Assembly (NCBI GenBank): GCA_963782115.1 | Contig: CAWAIK010000001.1 | Location: 288,001 to 352,000 of the forward strand | Length of the DNA stretch: 64,000 nucleotides | Source of the DNA: an uncultured Verrucomicrobiae bacterium | GTDB taxonomy: Bacteria > Verrucomicrobiota > Verrucomicrobiia > Chthoniobacterales > JAFAMB01 | Direction of reading: 5' to 3' | Shown: in pieces, positions 63,147 through 64,000 of the stretch | Layout: each line of letters starts with the position of its first letter | How positions within the stretch are numbered: the first letter of the stretch is position 1 | The notes under the pieces: generated by a model | The model's database searches: none | What the model was told of the DNA's origin: nothing | What the model saw: the letters and a program-made list of their open reading frames with translations, nothing else | Made by a program: the position numbers and the translations under genes

Positions 63147-63477
63147 TTCCCAACCCGATGTCGCGCTGGCCGAAAATCATAGAGTTGCAGTAGACGGAGA
63201 GCTTTTTCCGTTTTATCCAGTTCGGCGACGGTTAGCTGGTTCGCGGTGTGGGTACCGAATTGCTGGGCGGCCGACTTCGTCCTTAGCCTCCACCTTCTTA
63301 CCGAACCACGCCCGGTACCGTGGGAAAGTAATAGGGCAGTTAAACGAGCCAAAACTGAGTTCAGACCTCATCCGCGCGATGTGGTCATCGAGGTGCCGAA
63401 GGATCTCGTTCAGTCCGGGCAGTCAGAATCGATAGACGAGAAGGCAATCGCAATTGATCAGTGCGCTCACTCGACTT

Positions 63478-63630
63478 CTAGCATGTAAGGTGCAGGATCG
63501 CGTTGGTCTTGTCAGGATTCTTCTGAAGCGTCTTAATCGCTTCTGTCGTCGGCAGTATTACCAATTTGATTTCGCGGCGATGAGCCTCACGCTTCAGCTC
63601 GTCCATAATCGGCAAGGCAAGCGTGCAGGC
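63478..63630 (-). pseudogene. Mth938-like domain C-terminal fragment
   Basis: LPIMDE.KREA...IKLVILPT.EAI..NAILHLTC. Confidence 0.6.
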
Positions 63631-63828
63631 GACGCGCAAGAGATGGACCGATACCCTCAAGGCCGGTGGCGGTCATGTTGGTATAGCCGAACGGCCGGAT
63701 CTTCAAGAAAGCGGCTTTCCCAATTCAAGGGATGATTGCTCCGTGCCATTCACAAATTTGCGTTATTTGTTCAGCCTTGCGACCACGTCATCGACTTGAA
63801 CCTCTAAAGCATTTCTAGTGATCGACCC

Positions 63829-63999
63829 CTATTTGAAATCGTCCGCGCCTACCTTGGCGCACTGGCCGTCCTGTTGGGCAGTCCCGCCCGAAACCCCGAT
63901 GGCACCGACAATGTTGCCGTCTATGAGTAGCGGAATACCACCCTCAACCGGAACCGCGCCATGCAAACCCAGCACCCGCAGACCGGACACACACTCTCG
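63829..63999 (-). CDS. GlcG/HbpS heme-binding protein, C-terminal part (runs off the window)
   Basis: GAVPVEGGIPLL.DGNIVGAIGVSGG..QQDGQCA; TAG at 63829-63831. Confidence 0.8.
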   Translation of the reverse strand, partial: RECVSGLRVLGLHGAVPVEGGIPLLIDGNIVGAIGVSGGTAQQDGQCAKVGADDFK

Positions 64000-64000
64000 T

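Overview
Bacterial accessory region with moderate GC. The repeat families and gene styles suggest a soil Verrucomicrobiota (Chthoniobacterales-like) genome, but that is inference. Intact genes are mostly general-stress, dormancy and alpha-glucan functions: catalase KatE, a YghA-like SDR, two glycogen-debranching-like hydrolases, a GT4, MalQ, GH15, MalE, a sugar ABC transporter, Fpg, Xth, a cupin and DUF2630. There are also two sensor kinases, an amino-acid permease and glnS. Between these lie many gene fragments joined end to end (TopIB, GMC, PoxB-like, ArsB-like, aconitase, SDR, chloroperoxidase, IS66, IS110, IS630, ECF sigma, RES). The most notable sequence-level observations are: (1) a three-layer nested mobile element at 327-3159, consisting of a MITE with ~48-bp TIRs and an 11-bp target duplication, containing a GTAG-type REP pair, into which a frameshift-dependent DDE IS has inserted; (2) a MetE-like enzyme apparently lacking the Glu zinc ligand, overlapping a PAS hybrid kinase by 11 nt; (3) an acyl-CoA-dehydrogenase-like / NodS-like / GT2 / deacetylase cluster of unknown product; (4) a ~485-bp inverted duplication with an IS110-like remnant bracketing ~38 kb; (5) an AcoR-type GAF fused to a HisKA_3 kinase and frameshifted in a G5 run; (6) a tRNA-Glu 3' fragment resembling an att site. 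No CRISPR array, rRNA or intact tRNA was seen. All family calls come from motif recognition by eye; no searches were run.
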